This document shows positions 13,435-26,200 of a stretch of 64,000 nt of DNA, one piece after another. The notes under the pieces are model-generated. The model saw nothing but the letters and a program-made list of their open reading frames with translations, searched no databases and was not told where the DNA came from. Each line of letters begins with the position of its first letter. Within the stretch, counting starts at the first letter, position 1. The translations under genes and the position numbers were made by a program. Source of the DNA: Takakia lepidozioides (Eukaryota > Plantae > Bryophyta); contig CM060731.1 of the NCBI GenBank assembly GCA_030704615.1, forward strand, positions 50,220,001 to 50,284,000, read 5' to 3'.

Positions 13435-14108
13435 GACCTACAGCTAGTGTATCATGGGGGTGTTTCCTATTTGTTTTCCTTCCCGCATTCATGTTAGCTA
13501 GTTACCTTACTGCTGGTAATTAAGTATCAGTTTGCTCCATCAACTCATCCATTCATTCCACAGCTTCACTCAGATCCCTCTACACAGTGTGAGTATGAAG
13601 TGTGTTTCAGATTAATATCTATCAAGTATCAGGCTAAAGTCCTGGAGTCTCTAATCTGCTCTACATTATAATTCTACTGCTTGCTATCATTAAGCATCAA
13701 CAGATCCTCCTCCTACTCCGTGCTCTCCATCTTTCTGCTCAGAGATACGCTCTCTCCTCTTTTCCCCCAGTGATGTCCGAAGTCTCCCCCAAGAAGTGCC
13801 CCCCTCTCGTCTCCGCTGCCCGCTTTATCCTTTCCCCCCTGTTCTAACCGTTTTCCTTCACTAACCGTCCTCCGTGAATTACATGTTCCTCGGCAGATGT
13901 TGTTCCCCACAGTCGTTCTATGTCATGATAACCGTTCCCTACGACTGTGACGGCTGTTTCGGGCTGTGTCGGGCTGTGACTGGCTGTGTATGGCTGTGAC
14001 GAGCTGTCTTAAAAAATTAAGGGTACCCCTCAGAACCCATAGAAGTGTCTAAGTCCCAGACTCCACATAACCCATAAAAATGCCTAAGTCCCAGACTGCC
14101 TCCTAACA
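13327..14108 (-). repeat. 5' LTR of element 1
   Basis: Direct repeat of 1243-2089, adjacent to the PBS. Confidence 0.95.
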
Positions 14109-14110
14109 AC

Positions 14111-14994
14111 CTCACTGCAAACATGGTGTGCACAATTGGTCCAATCTAAGTTTGCAGCACAGCAATGGTCGTAAGCATGCAACAACTCATGGGTCATAGC
14201 CACGTCCACTTCATCCTGCATCATCAAATGGTTGCTGCATATCACCACCTGCAAAGTAGAGAACCCATCAATATACCGCACCTTGCACTTAATTTACCCC
14301 TGCACATATGACTGCATCTCGTAGGGAGCTTAAGGGAAGAATGTTGCTACAACCAGTTATTCATCGACTGCATTCGACCACATCTTTTGGCAGTCAGGAT
14401 AATAGACACACACAATCTGCTCGTTGTGAATGGCTAAAGAAGTGTTGAAGTCAATGAAACTGTCCACCAAAATGCTTCAGTCGAGAAAGACTTCATCAGA
14501 CAGGTGACGACATTGGAAAGACAAATGGCAGCTGGAATAACTTGCAACAATATGCAGGCATAGTGGAATCAAGAGACTCGCGAATTCCTTTCTTCTTCTT
14601 GCAATCCACTAAGCAAAATTGATCCTATAAACAAGCCTCCAGCTCCAGCAAGCAGTAGGGCAGCAACGAAGTTCTGTGCAATCACCAAAGTAGGAGAGTT
14701 ATCAGGGACGAAGGACAATGGTGGCTATGGATGCCACAAATAGAGGGAGTACAGAAAAGACCTGACCCCATCATCCCGCTTGAAGCCACCACCAACTTGC
14801 ATATCACATACTTCAGATTTGAAGAATTGATCTGCTACAGGATAGCCTGCCTTCTCAAGAGCCTCTCGCATGAACTTCACCATAGGATCTGCATTACAAA
14901 TATCATACTTTACCTGGTTCTTCAGAATGGCATCCCTGGTTATCTCCTTCTTGGTGCTCTGGTCAACATTGTACCTGCTCTTTCGTGAGCTCAA
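14111..14994 (-). pseudogene. ATP23: Mitochondrial inner membrane protease ATP23, 5' exons; interrupted by element 1, with no 3' exons recognised
   Basis: DPMVKFMREALEKAG...VGGGF followed by the exon VVICSNH...THELLHAYDHCCAANLDWTNCAHHVCSE, carrying the HExxH metalloprotease motif typical of ATP23. Confidence 0.85.
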
Positions 14995-16050
14995 ACTGTT
15001 CGGGGTTCTGTTAGCAGAGAGATGGTCTCCTTAAATCTATCAAGGGAATTGTGTCTGTACCTCTGTTTACCTAACAAATGTTCGACATCGTACCTGCGCT
15101 CTTCGTGAGCTCAAACTGATAGATCCAAGATTGGGGGGAACGAGCGATTGAGCAGGAGCACGATTGAGCTGGAGCGCGGGAGCGATGCACCTAAATTGCG
15201 TGGGGAGGGCGGCGATCCGCGTGGAGCGCTGATTAGGACCGCAATGATTGCTAAATCGGGCAGATTTTTTAATTTAAGCTAGCAGCCGTTAGATCAAATC
15301 GATCTTGACCGTTCAGATTTTTTTCAAGTTGACCGAATGGTTACTTTCTCCTAAAGAGAGGAGGCCCTCTGGAGGCCCCATTCTTTCCCTAATGAACCGC
15401 ATGCTTTATTATAGGTTGCTCTTTACCACCACACTACCTGCTGCTTTCTGCAACACCTCCAAAAAATTAATGTTTTATGATGTGTTTGTGGGCCCTAGTA
15501 GACTGGCTTGCCCCTCAGCTGAGCATACTGAGCCCGCCGGATAGGGGGCGCCCCACCGTCAGGACCCCCTCTCCCACATGCGGGCCCTGCCGCAACCACA
15601 CGTGCCCGCATTGAAGTCGTTATTATCAAACAGTGAGAACCGAAAAATAACCGTCACTATGATGATGATGATGATGATTATTATTATTATTTGCAAAGGG
15701 ATGAAGCCCTGAACTTATTTGAATGGGGAAAAATTAAACCCCAAAGGGGCCATAAAGCATGCACACTAGTTGGCGCGGGATGAACCCAAAGATTATTGAA
15801 TATACTAGAAAAAGCGCCCGGACCGCCCAAGCAACCATAATTATCAATGAGGTCTACCGTCTCGGTCCTTTTAGCCCGCGTGCGTCTGCATGTCTCGAGG
15901 CTCATGCAAACATGATAATAATTAATCTACGTCGAGAGGATTTTGTTCAGACAGAGACAATGATTGCACGTTTACGTGATCACCTGAATATTCCTGGATG
16001 CAACATGGCAAAGATCTTCGACTTTATTTGGTCGTCCAGCGAGAAGGGTA

Positions 16051-16766
16051 CCGTCCCTGGACAACCGTTTAGGCATTTTTGCGCCTAATAATAAAATCAA
16101 TCAATCAGAAAATTAGGCATGTTTTGAAAACAATTTCTCAAATTAGGCATTTCATGCTATAATTTTTTAGAATTAGGCAAATGAGAAGAGAAAACATCTA
16201 TTTTCTTAAGAATAAAATTACAAAATAGACACCAATGCCCATGGCCCCTTCCAGGCTCCGGCTACCTTTCATTTCCTTTGAAACCCTAAAAATGCGCGAT
16301 GCTCAAGGCTCAAGCTGGTACAAGCAAGCTCTCAATAGCTGAGTTCAATATCTAATAGTCCACACTAGTGTAGGCACGTTGGTACAAGGCTTTGGTACAT
16401 TGGTCATTGGGTAGGCAGGTTCAGGGCTTTGATACAATGGTCCTTGGGGACACTGGTTTTCATAATGGTATGCTGGTGCATGGTGAAACCTCTTACATAA
16501 TGGTACTCTTGAGTTGTGGTAGGCTGGTAGGCTAGTTATTTCCGCACGCGTATATTTGTATTGATTTTTGTTCAAAGAAATTTTGATCTTACTACAAACA
16601 ACATGATGAGAAGAGTCTTGCAAGTTTTTCGGTGGAATTTTTGGGCATTAGGCACTTTGGTCCCATAATCTCCCAACAATTAGGCCAAAATCTGAAAAAA
16701 TTCACAGAATTGATTAGGCACTTTCATTTTGAATTAATTATCGCCTAAACGGTTGTCCAGGGACGG
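16051..16766. mobile_element. Non-autonomous TIR element (Tc1/mariner-type MITE)
   Basis: Perfect 24-bp TIRs CCGTCCCTGGACAACCGTTTAGGC at 16051-16074 and 16743-16766; TA on both sides; internal ATTAGGC repeats; no coding capacity. Confidence 0.88.
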
Positions 16767-17770
16767 TATGACAATCCCAATTCAATGTTTATAGTTTCCC
16801 AGGAAAAAAGAGAAGAAAAAAGATAGCAATAATCAGCGGAGCAGGAGCGACCGCTGATCGTCTGATAATTAGCGGAGCAGGAGCGGCCCGAGAGTAGATT
16901 CATTTGTATGTGTCATGTGAACTCGCACAAGGTTCGCAGTTTGCAGTCAAAGGTCAAGAGATCAGGGCTACGTTCACAAAGGATTTGGAGCATTGATGGG
17001 GGGGTTGAGCACTTTTGGGTATGCACGACGCCCACACTTTGTGGGTACGTGGCTCCAGACAAGCAAACAGGATGCTTCGAAGCGGGTGCTTGGTGGCGGC
17101 TGCCGGGACTTGGCCTCACTTTCTCACATTGCGTGTGCGAGGAGAAGTGGGGCCCGATTTCTGTGGAAGAAAGTGGGGTGTGATTTCCAGTCAAAATCCT
17201 TGTGGTTAGTCGTGTGGGTGGTGGAGGCAGTTGCATTCGGCACTTTCTGGGTTCCTTTATACGGACTGTACATACGCGTGTTGACGTCGGAGTTGGAACC
17301 ATGTCTAAACAATTTGTACAGGTGCCTCTCTCGAAAATATTACAATTTGCTTCGATGGTTTCGTACATTAGTCCCACACTAGGAACCTTACAATTTTCAA
17401 GAGCTCGGACTCTCATGATTATCCGACGAATCTAGAACTAGTCAAGTTTGAGGCACCACCAGATATCAATACCTGATCTCTTGTTTCGGTTTCTGGCACT
17501 TTGCGAATGCACATCTTGCAGTAGAGGGTTGAACTATCAGGGCTGCAAGTTTCATAGCTTCTGCAAGTTCAAGCAGGATGAGTAATGACTGAGACCCACG
17601 GAAGCCAGGGATCAGTACCGGAACAAGAATCTGACCAGTAGTCTGCCCAATAGCTCTAAAGGGATACTGGGGAACATGATTCATCGCCAAGTATTCGCGG
17701 ATTAGGCCCGGCCTAGAGAGTGTGTGTGAGGTGGAATATCTTCCGTAGCATCATCTGGAACTGTAAGGCG

Positions 17771-19507
17771 ATGGAATCTCAAAAGTACACAGACTTGAAT
17801 TACAGGCGGTCCATATGGGCTGTAGTTGCACTGCTGATTTTGATGGGTCTGCCCATGATTCACTGGCTTTTGTTGAATTCACCAGCTAGCTCCTACACCG
17901 GGTTCACATCTTCTCTCACTGGTGTTTCTGACCTCAGGGAAGATTATGGATTGCCGAACGTGTCGAATCAGACGGTTGTACAAACTCTCTTCAATGATCT
18001 TAGAGCAGCTGCTGTGAGAGCTAATGGCGGCAAACCAGTGCTCCCGCTGTCCGCAAAGGAAAAGGAGAAATGGCACAGGAAGAATCCTTGTAGGAGTCGC
18101 GCAGAGCTGGAACCGATGTATACCGGGAGAAATTTTGTAGACGATCTGCCTGCCAACCCAGAATGGAAGGCAGTTTTCCGGGAATATGAAATATTACATC
18201 GAGTTTGCACACAGAAAGTCGGAAACCTTGCCCAGTACTTTCTTACCCGGGAGACTATCAGCGGATGCAAATTTGTAGTGGCTGACAGGACAGAAACTGC
18301 CGGGCTGGGCAACAAGATTCTCATAACCACATCTACGTTTCTTTTTGCAGTTTTGACTCAAAGAGTGTTGTTGGTACCTTCATCAAACCTGCTAACCGAT
18401 GTCATGTGCGAACCCTTTGAAGGGTCATCTTGGAAGGTTGATTTGAACGAATCCCGTTTTACGCAGACCTCATGGAATTCGACTGATCAATTTTTGAGAG
18501 CCGTGGATGCAGTGGTCAATAGCAAGAGCAGTACTGCTACGTTACCGAGTAAACTTTACGCCACAGAGGTCACCTCAAATTTCTGGGAACCCCATGTGCG
18601 ATTCTACTGTCCTACAGAGCAGGACTACTTAGCCCATGTTACATGGGTCCATGTTGTTGGCTGTCTCTATTTTCTACCCAAGCTGTTTGCAGTTCCTGTT
18701 TTTCGTCCAACGCTAGAGGGCTTGTTTCCTCGTAGAATGGTGTTCACGCATTTGCTGAGATCGCTGATGCTTCCAGGAGATCCTGTTTGGCGTCGTGTAA
18801 CTCAAGTTCAAGAGGTACACTTACGACATGCAAGCCGCTGTGTTGGAATTCAAGTGCGCTACCGTAATGGCAAATCGCAGTTTGATGAGATGCATGAGAG
18901 AATCAATGCTCGGATCAAGCAGTGTGCCGTGGAGAATGGGATCCTCCCACAGCCGGGGTCTGCATCTGATGAGAACAAGCATCGCAGGAAGTTAAGGGGA
19001 ACCCCTTCTACTCATAATCCTGTACGTGTGATCAATGTGCTAATCGCTTCTCTCTATCAAGACCTCCATGACCTCCTAAGCAATGCCTACCTGCGAAACC
19101 CATCAGCAAATGGAGACGCCGTTGGCATCATCCAGCTGAGTCATGGACAGCACCAATCCTGGTCGCTAGAGGAGGACCAACAAGCACTGACAGAAATTTT
19201 TCTACTAAGCTTCTCGGATGATATCTTTGTGACCCCTCTTTCTACCTTTGGGGGTGTCGCTCACGGATATGGGGCATTGAAGCCATGGTTTATCGAGATC
19301 CGGTCGGACAAAGATATTGGGTGTGTACGTGGGCAGACTGTCGACACTTGTTACCAGTTTCCCCAAGAGAGGCGCTTCTCATGCCCACACGATGCGCAAT
19401 TGAACGGCAAGAACATTTTGAATGAGGTGCCCTACATCAAAGATTGCCTCAATGTGGATGCAGACAACGGGATACAGCTTATCACCTCCTCTCAAAGCAG
19501 GAGGTAA
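17771..19507 (+). CDS. FUT1: Xyloglucan galactoside 2-alpha-L-fucosyltransferase-like protein (GT37), intronless
   Basis: N-terminal TM helix (IWAVVALLILMGLPMIHWLL); motifs AGLGNKIL, LTQRVLLV, CEPFEGSSW, VGIQVR, ALTEIFLLS, STFGGVAHG. Likely start is the ATG at 17771. Family-level call only. Confidence 0.9.
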   Translation: MESQKYTDLNYRRSIWAVVALLILMGLPMIHWLLLNSPASSYTGFTSSLTGVSDLREDYGLPNVSNQTVVQTLFNDLRAAAVRANGGKPVLPLSAKEKEKWHRKNPCRSRAELEPMYTGRNFVDDLPANPEWKAVFREYEILHRVCTQKVGNLAQYFLTRETISGCKFVVADRTETAGLGNKILITTSTFLFAVLTQRVLLVPSSNLLTDVMCEPFEGSSWKVDLNESRFTQTSWNSTDQFLRAVDAVVNSKSSTATLPSKLYATEVTSNFWEPHVRFYCPTEQDYLAHVTWVHVVGCLYFLPKLFAVPVFRPTLEGLFPRRMVFTHLLRSLMLPGDPVWRRVTQVQEVHLRHASRCVGIQVRYRNGKSQFDEMHERINARIKQCAVENGILPQPGSASDENKHRRKLRGTPSTHNPVRVINVLIASLYQDLHDLLSNAYLRNPSANGDAVGIIQLSHGQHQSWSLEEDQQALTEIFLLSFSDDIFVTPLSTFGGVAHGYGALKPWFIEIRSDKDIGCVRGQTVDTCYQFPQERRFSCPHDAQLNGKNILNEVPYIKDCLNVDADNGIQLITSSQSRR

Positions 19508-22500
19508 ACCATCGCTGTCCGCATGCGTGTTGCACATCTAGAGAGAGGACATGGCTCGGGAGCGACGATTTTCATACTAATGTTCAGGTCTCCGGAAAGG
19601 CAATCACATTCGTGATCACACCGTTTTTACGAGCCCATTCTTCATGTGCATCCGCACAATCTGGGTTAGAGTAGTGTTGGACTCTGACGGCAACCTGATA
19701 GTATTCGGGCAGTACAGATCACATCAGACTCTTTTTTTCTTTCATGCCGGACTGGCGGGGCAGAGCCATAAGGTATCCAAACGTGAAGGGTGTCAAACAA
19801 AATACATACATACATAAGTTGCATCTCACTCTGGAGAATCATGGCCCTGGGAGATTGGACGCGTGCAAGATTCCTCGAGATCACTGATACGTGTGCATGA
19901 CCAGCGATCGAAAGAGATAATTTACTCAACAGACAGAAAGGAGGAAGAAATGCGGAGGCAAAAAGAGGGCAAGATGGCCTCTCAACCAAGGCACCTAATC
20001 TGCACGGAGGTTCTTCTTGACCCACCAATGTAAGTTTTCGACATTGTAAAGGATGCTCTCTAATCTCTTGTCACCTATACTCCCGCCTGAACTCTGACCA
20101 GCTTTTTCATGGAACTTACTTGGAAGAAAGTTGTCGATAGTAGATCGTACAGCAGCTTCTACAACGGATAACAGTACAGTTTTGTTCTCTATGGTGAAGG
20201 CTGTTCAAATGCCTCCGGTGAATTCTGATTGACTCTTATAGTATAGTATTCTATGATCTCGATGGACAGCCTTGCATGACTGCAGTTCATTTCCACTTCT
20301 AGACTACCAGACTCAGGTTCAAACAGAGAGATGCCAGCGAAGTCGCCGACTGAAGTGGGTGACCATGGGAACCCTCTTGATCTGTCTTCAGCTATTACAC
20401 ACGAGCTTCAAATTAGGTCAAATGAACAGCAGACGTTGTTAGCATGGAAATAGCAGCTAGTAGCCACAAATGCTTACGTGAGCAGGGCGCCTGCGCCCCC
20501 CCATGTCCATGAATGTATTTCGTCCTCAGTCAACCATGCCTGGAAGAATGCTCTACATTCCAACTTCCGCCCGTGGAGGACTCAATCGTGGGTGTTACCG
20601 ACAGTAAGAATCTGATTCGTTTTCTGGAGGAAATGGGTATTCTCTTCCTTCCGTTCCGCTGTCAGACTCGGGAGATCCTAGAAGGAGGCCGCATCGGCCA
20701 CTGCTTAACCCGGTCTATTCGGACGATGCTCAGAGAGTGGAAAATCTAGCTGCATCTTTCTGCCCGTGGCTGGAGCACATGATCCAAGATGAAGAGGCGG
20801 ATCCAACTCCAGTTCTGGCTCGACAGGAGGGCTCTTCAGCGAGCTGGGTAATGAGTAAGGGTGGTGAATGACCGGCTCCTGAAAACAACAATTATGAGAT
20901 GGTGGATGCTGTACTCTTGTGTGAACGACTTGGAGCCTTCAGGAAGTCTCCATAGACCATGACGGACTAACAGTGGGTGGCATGGATGCCCAGAATTTGA
21001 CTACTTATTGGATCCTGTCTCCTGGTCGCAACGCCATGATATGGTTCGATGTGCACAGACTGCGTACTTACATGCCTCCCTGTTGGGGCAAGAACCCGGC
21101 CCCTCGTTGGTGGGGTTCATTTGGCATTAGGACAGTTTCAAGTGTGAGGTGCCCGTGTGGTGAGTTTGTCTCTCAACATGGATCGCACATCCTGGCCAGA
21201 CTGAGGATGGAGTAGATAGAAGATATAATCTTTAAGGCAACCAGATACTGCTAATTGACATCGATATTCGCACTTGATAAATGCATTTCTGTTGGATTGG
21301 ACAACTACAAGCAGCATGTCTAACATAAATTCAAGTATGCGACCATGCTCTCTGATAGGTTGAAGCTAGAAGGAGAGGTTTTTGTGGACTCACTTAGGAC
21401 TGCTTCACCCCTTGTTTTATTTGAGAATCGTTTGAAACCAGATAATGAGTATTGACAGCTGTGCATAGTCATTGAGTGTAGGCCAAATACAGGGGTGGTA
21501 AGCTTGAGAAGATCACTCCACTGCTGTTCTCCTCAGGTATGTTTGCTAGTGCTTGGAGATATTCCAATGTTTGGGCCCCCTTGGTGTGGGCTTCCTACTC
21601 ATGCTACTGGGTGTGAGCCATTCCTGCATGCTACATTTCTTGCAATAGGACTGGCACAAGACTTGCCTCCATGTTTTGTTTGGCAAGAAATTGCTAGTTA
21701 CTCTACCATGTACCTAAGCATGACATCAATTGTTGTCCTGTTGCTCAAACTGCTCAATTGCAAGCGGAAAATTCATCCCTGCCCACAAGGCCAACCTTGC
21801 CAGTCAGATGGCAAAGAAATTTGAAGATGAGAACAAGTAATTACTCAAGAAAGTGGAGGAGTTGACTGAGGAGCTGAAGCCCAGGAAGTCACAGCCACTC
21901 ACACTGAATGTACTGCAGAAGAGTGTACAAGCATCCACCATACTACCTGTGCTAGCTCCAGTGAAATGGTTAGACCTCCACCCTGCAAAACTTTGGTGGT
22001 AGTTCAATTACCAATTTGTTGGTGTTTAATGCAAGTACTGTGAAGAAGAGGTTAATGTCAATCAGATAATCCTACAGGGTTGTGTTGGTCACATGGCATG
22101 GTGATAGTTATATGTGCCAACATAGTGGGGTTGAAGCTAGCTCTGGGTGGCCTGCTGAGCCGGGTGTTTGCTGGCTAACAGTATAAGGCCTCGTGATGTT
22201 GGTGATGACCATAGAGTATCAGATACCCACCCACTTGCCCTCTGGCGCATTCAGTTTGGAGGGGGGTCTCCTCCAGAATCCGCAAGCGGTAGTGGAGACC
22301 ACTGCAGATGTGCACAATGTAGGCATGTTAGCTGGCAACTCCAAAGTGCATGAGAAAGCAGCACTTCATTATGGTCCAGTATCTGGAGGTTACAGCACAG
22401 ATTGTAGTAGAGAGAAAAGGAGACCCTTGGGCATGTTAGCCACCGTCTCAATCAATCAGCCTACCTGTGGGTATGGCGAGTGTGCAGGGGTTTTCTTCTC

Positions 22501-22945
22501 AGCTGGTTCAGCCACTCTAATCTGACATGACAGATCCTGTCACCAATGGGCTGCTGAATCCAGGGACGGAATCGCCATACTATTTCCAGGAAACTTGTGA
22601 TGCTCTTGAGACAGGCCTTAATTCCACTGTGAAAGCCAAAGAACTAGAGTATATTGAGGAGAAGTGGCTGGAAAGTTTTGCAGAATATTTGAAATCCTTA
22701 AGACTTGGTTGGCGCACTTTGGAGATTGTTTGAAAGTGCCTGCAAATGTGGGGCTGGTGTAAACACCTGATGTATATCTCACACAGCCTGGGTCAGTCCT
22801 GGGGAAATGATGTGCAGTATCTTCAAGCAGGAAGTGCAATTAGGATATCCACTGGGTTTGCAAGCTCAGTTGTACTCATTGCTGGGGATTTTTTTTTCTT
22901 TGGATGTCATCAGAATACCATCTGCTGCAAGAGAAGAGCAGGATT

Positions 22946-23114
22946 CATGAGCCCATAAGCAAGTGAGCATGCAATCCATGAGCTCTGACTCATGATGCAC
23001 CCTGAAAATCATGAGCAGAGGCTGATGATTCTCCCAAAATCGTGAGCACAGGCTCACAGACTCAGTGTTCACTCACAGGCTCATGGGTGGAGGCTCACGA
23101 ATTAGATTTTCCCC
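22946..23114 (-). repeat. Probable DNA-transposon terminus: GGGGAA end with (G/A)TGAGC subterminal repeats
   Basis: Minus strand reads GGGGAAAATCTAATTCGTGAGCCTCCACCCATGAGCCTGTGAG, similar to GGGGAATGCTTGCGCGTGAGCCTGGCCGCGTGAGCCTGTGAG at 43203. Confidence 0.5.
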
Positions 23115-25897
23115 ATCCGGTCTGAGGGTCTTCAGGTGTGTCCACAATAACTGGGATGTTTTCTGGTCAAAATTGGACTTTTGAGGGCAAGGAAAGGCAC
23201 GCCCTTGGTACTAGCCAGTCTAAATAAACTAGGTGTAACTGCTGTGAAGATTGCAAACTCACCAGGCAGGATATCGATCAACTTCAATGTGCATCTGCAT
23301 TGTCACAGTTATAATCCGCTTCTCATTCACCCCCGGAACGCTCCAAAGTTAATCAATAAGACATGAGTGCATGCAGCCTCCTGCAGGAAATCCGATCACT
23401 TCTTACATGGCCTGACAGATGCCCATGAAGCTCACTGCTGCCATCAGAAAGAGAGAACTTCACATTAGCTGCGTTAGTCCACACAGATAGAAAACCACTC
23501 CTTTTGACGATTCTGGTGAATTTACAATGTGACAAAAAGAAGCAGCTAACAATTATCAAATGAGACTTAGGCCTTTCAAATTACAAACAACAAGGGTGTC
23601 TCTTCGTCTGTACAACACCTGCAGTAAAGATGAAAGCATCCCCAAAGAGGCAGTTCCTCGAGCTCCAACCTCAGAGAAGCCCACTACAAAGCGCTGCCTG
23701 TTGAAAGAACCGTTCTCTTGCAGCATACCAAAGCCTAGATAGACATTTGACAGACTTCCAGCCAAAGCAGGAGAAACTGGTATAATGGATGCACCATTCC
23801 GGCCAATCGCACTGCACTCACGCATGAGCACGCCTGCTGTTCCCATGCCAAAAGCAAGACTGAATAGGCGCACTTCCTACTGCCATCCCTCTTCCAACCC
23901 CGCAAGCTCGAATCCTGGCGAGAAGAAGACAAACCTTCCACCACACCTCCTTCCACCACACCTCCAACCCACAAATTTGTACGAATCCTGGCGGGAAGAA
24001 GACAACTTTGGGTGTATGCTAAAATGCAACTACCAGACTTACTAATAGAAAACACAAACTGAGGTTACCTGATTAGGGGGAGATTAGGGGCGGTATCTTC
24101 AGAACTCGAGATGGATTGCACTTCAGAGGGCTCCTGCATCTCTAACCTCCTTCATTACCGCCTTTGCACCCTCACGATCAGCATCTGATTGTTCACTGAG
24201 GTGCCCAGTATTAGTAGCTAAGTTGGATGCAGTGTCCATTCCAGAGGTAGTTCAATGATTCATGGCTGATTCTGACCAGAAAAGAGTCCCTTGTTTTGTA
24301 GTTGGGAGAGGGAGGGGCTAACTGGTCGAACACGAGTGCAGTGAATCTCCGATATCTGAGCTTCTGGAGCTGCAAGCAACCCAGTATAGAAGTTTCAGTT
24401 CACGAACTGTGGGTGTGGTGAGAGGTGGAATGGACTTGGGCATAAAGACATGGATGCGCCTCATCAGCCACGCGGGAAGCGTGAGAGCCTACCTGCCAAG
24501 CCCAAGGCTCTTGAGTTTCATCAAGTACATGGAAGGTGCAATGGCTCTCAAGCGAAGCAAAATCAATGAGCTATAGTTATTAAATTCAGTTACTGGGTAC
24601 TGTTCGGAGTCCAGTTTAACCTAGATAATGACTGAAATCACCTGGAAAAGGGACTGCGGTTTTATCATACATGGGTGGAATCCATATGAACTGCAAGGAT
24701 GGGTGTATTTTCGTTGAGGATATGACACCTGCAGTGAAGAATGAAGTAGCCCCTTGGCACAGAAACACTATTTCTGATTGCAACAATCTTCTGAATCCGG
24801 AATGACGCACTGTTTGGCCAAAGGTCATATTGTGAGAAGCCATGCATGTGGGTGAGACCATAGAGTGTTCAATGTCACTTCATGTCAGTTTGACAGCTTC
24901 GAACGCTCCAAGGATACTACTAACACTAATTATTCTAACAGTCCATTTCAGAATCTAGTAAGTGGACAATATGGCAGATTTGAAGAGTGCCTTCGCACAC
25001 TGTTTACTGTCAATTTAAGATATTTCTCATTGGAAAGTATACATTACGTTACTAATAGTCGGATTTCTGCATCAACGATTACTAGGCAGAATTATCTGGA
25101 ACATATTTAGCAGCTTAATGTTCCAAGTTCTATCATAGAAAGCTAGTAAGCCTTGAGGTAGAAACCCTATTGATCAGGCTTCCAACCTCCTTGTCCGTGC
25201 TATGGTGAGCCAAAGAATTTATAGAACTCCATGATGAATTGGACTGCAAGTGGGTATAGGCGCGAATCTGCAGCTTTCAAGTGAGTCTTGTTGGAAGTCA
25301 ATTCTAACATTCATCAAGTCATATGACGAATCTTGAAGGGACACAACTGTTAGACAAAAAGTTGTGATCTGTGTGAGTTAGACCTATTGGCTGTATCAAT
25401 AGTCAAAACTGTTTATATGTCTTAAAGTGAGCACACGCTCACTATTGTAACATCTTCTTCATTATCAATTACAAGTCACTCTCTCTCTCTCCATAAATTT
25501 TACAAGTCTGGGCTCAGATCCGGCCAGCGGCATGAATATTGTCATACATGTAACCCAAAACTTAATGCACTATGACAGTTTTCGAACTCCTTGGCATGCC
25601 CCAGATTGGCCTCCATTGTCGTAGAGGTATGAAGGCAGTAGATCAGGCACTAAACGTGAGATGTACAGACTTCACAATCACATTTTCGCACTCAGTGTGC
25701 CGTGCATTCTCCTCTATGAAGTACTTATTCGTCTGTAGCTCGTAAGTGAGCATTTGAGGAGCAATGCCCTGGGTGGCGTCCACCCACTGTACAAACAACG
25801 CCATCGATTCTCCTTTGTGAGCATTGTAGGTCGTCCGATGCCTTCAGGTGACCATTGTCGTAGATTTACACGGTACAGCTACACCGCAACATGGCGT

Positions 25898-26200
25898 TCA
25901 CAAACGTGACAAGCCTCTTCCACCAGGAAAGTAGTCGACCACCAATGGCACCGAATATGTTTTCTTGGCATTGTGTCGCGAATCCTTCTTAGCGTCCCTT
26001 TTAGGGCTAGATGCAACAGTGGACCTGATGGAGTCGACTTCGTCGGAAGCAGGGGACGTGCGAGCAGGACCCCCGAGGCTACGCTTCATCCATCTCAAAG
26101 AGGCTCGAACCTTGCTCTTGAAAGGATTTCTCTTCACGGAATCGTGAGCAGCATTGTGCATGCTGGAGTCTGCGACGGTTTTCTCCATGGCGCTCGACAT
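25898..26200 (-). CDS. Small 100-aa plant protein ending VVDYFPGGRGLSRL (candidate PTS1)
   Basis: Clean ATG-to-stop ORF in non-repetitive DNA. The C-terminal P-x-V-V-x-YFP...SRL resembles a family of short uncharacterised plant proteins, and SRL> is a major plant peroxisomal signal. Confidence 0.65.
   Translation of the reverse strand: MSSAMEKTVADSSMHNAAHDSVKRNPFKSKVRASLRWMKRSLGGPARTSPASDEVDSIRSTVASSPKRDAKKDSRHNAKKTYSVPLVVDYFPGGRGLSRL

Larger units (their letters stand above)
1243..14108 (-). mobile_element. Full-length Ty3/Gypsy LTR retrotransposon (non-chromovirus-like) with extra ORFs
   Basis: TG...CA LTRs at 1243-2089 and 13327-14108; 5-bp TSD ACCTC at 1238-1242 and 14109-14113; PBS and PPT present; gag-PR-RT-RH-INT order on the minus strand. 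Confidence 0.95.

Noticed and set aside
23181-25500. Possible decayed LINE or gene
   Set aside because: Only short ORFs, with no endonuclease, RT or other recognisable motifs.
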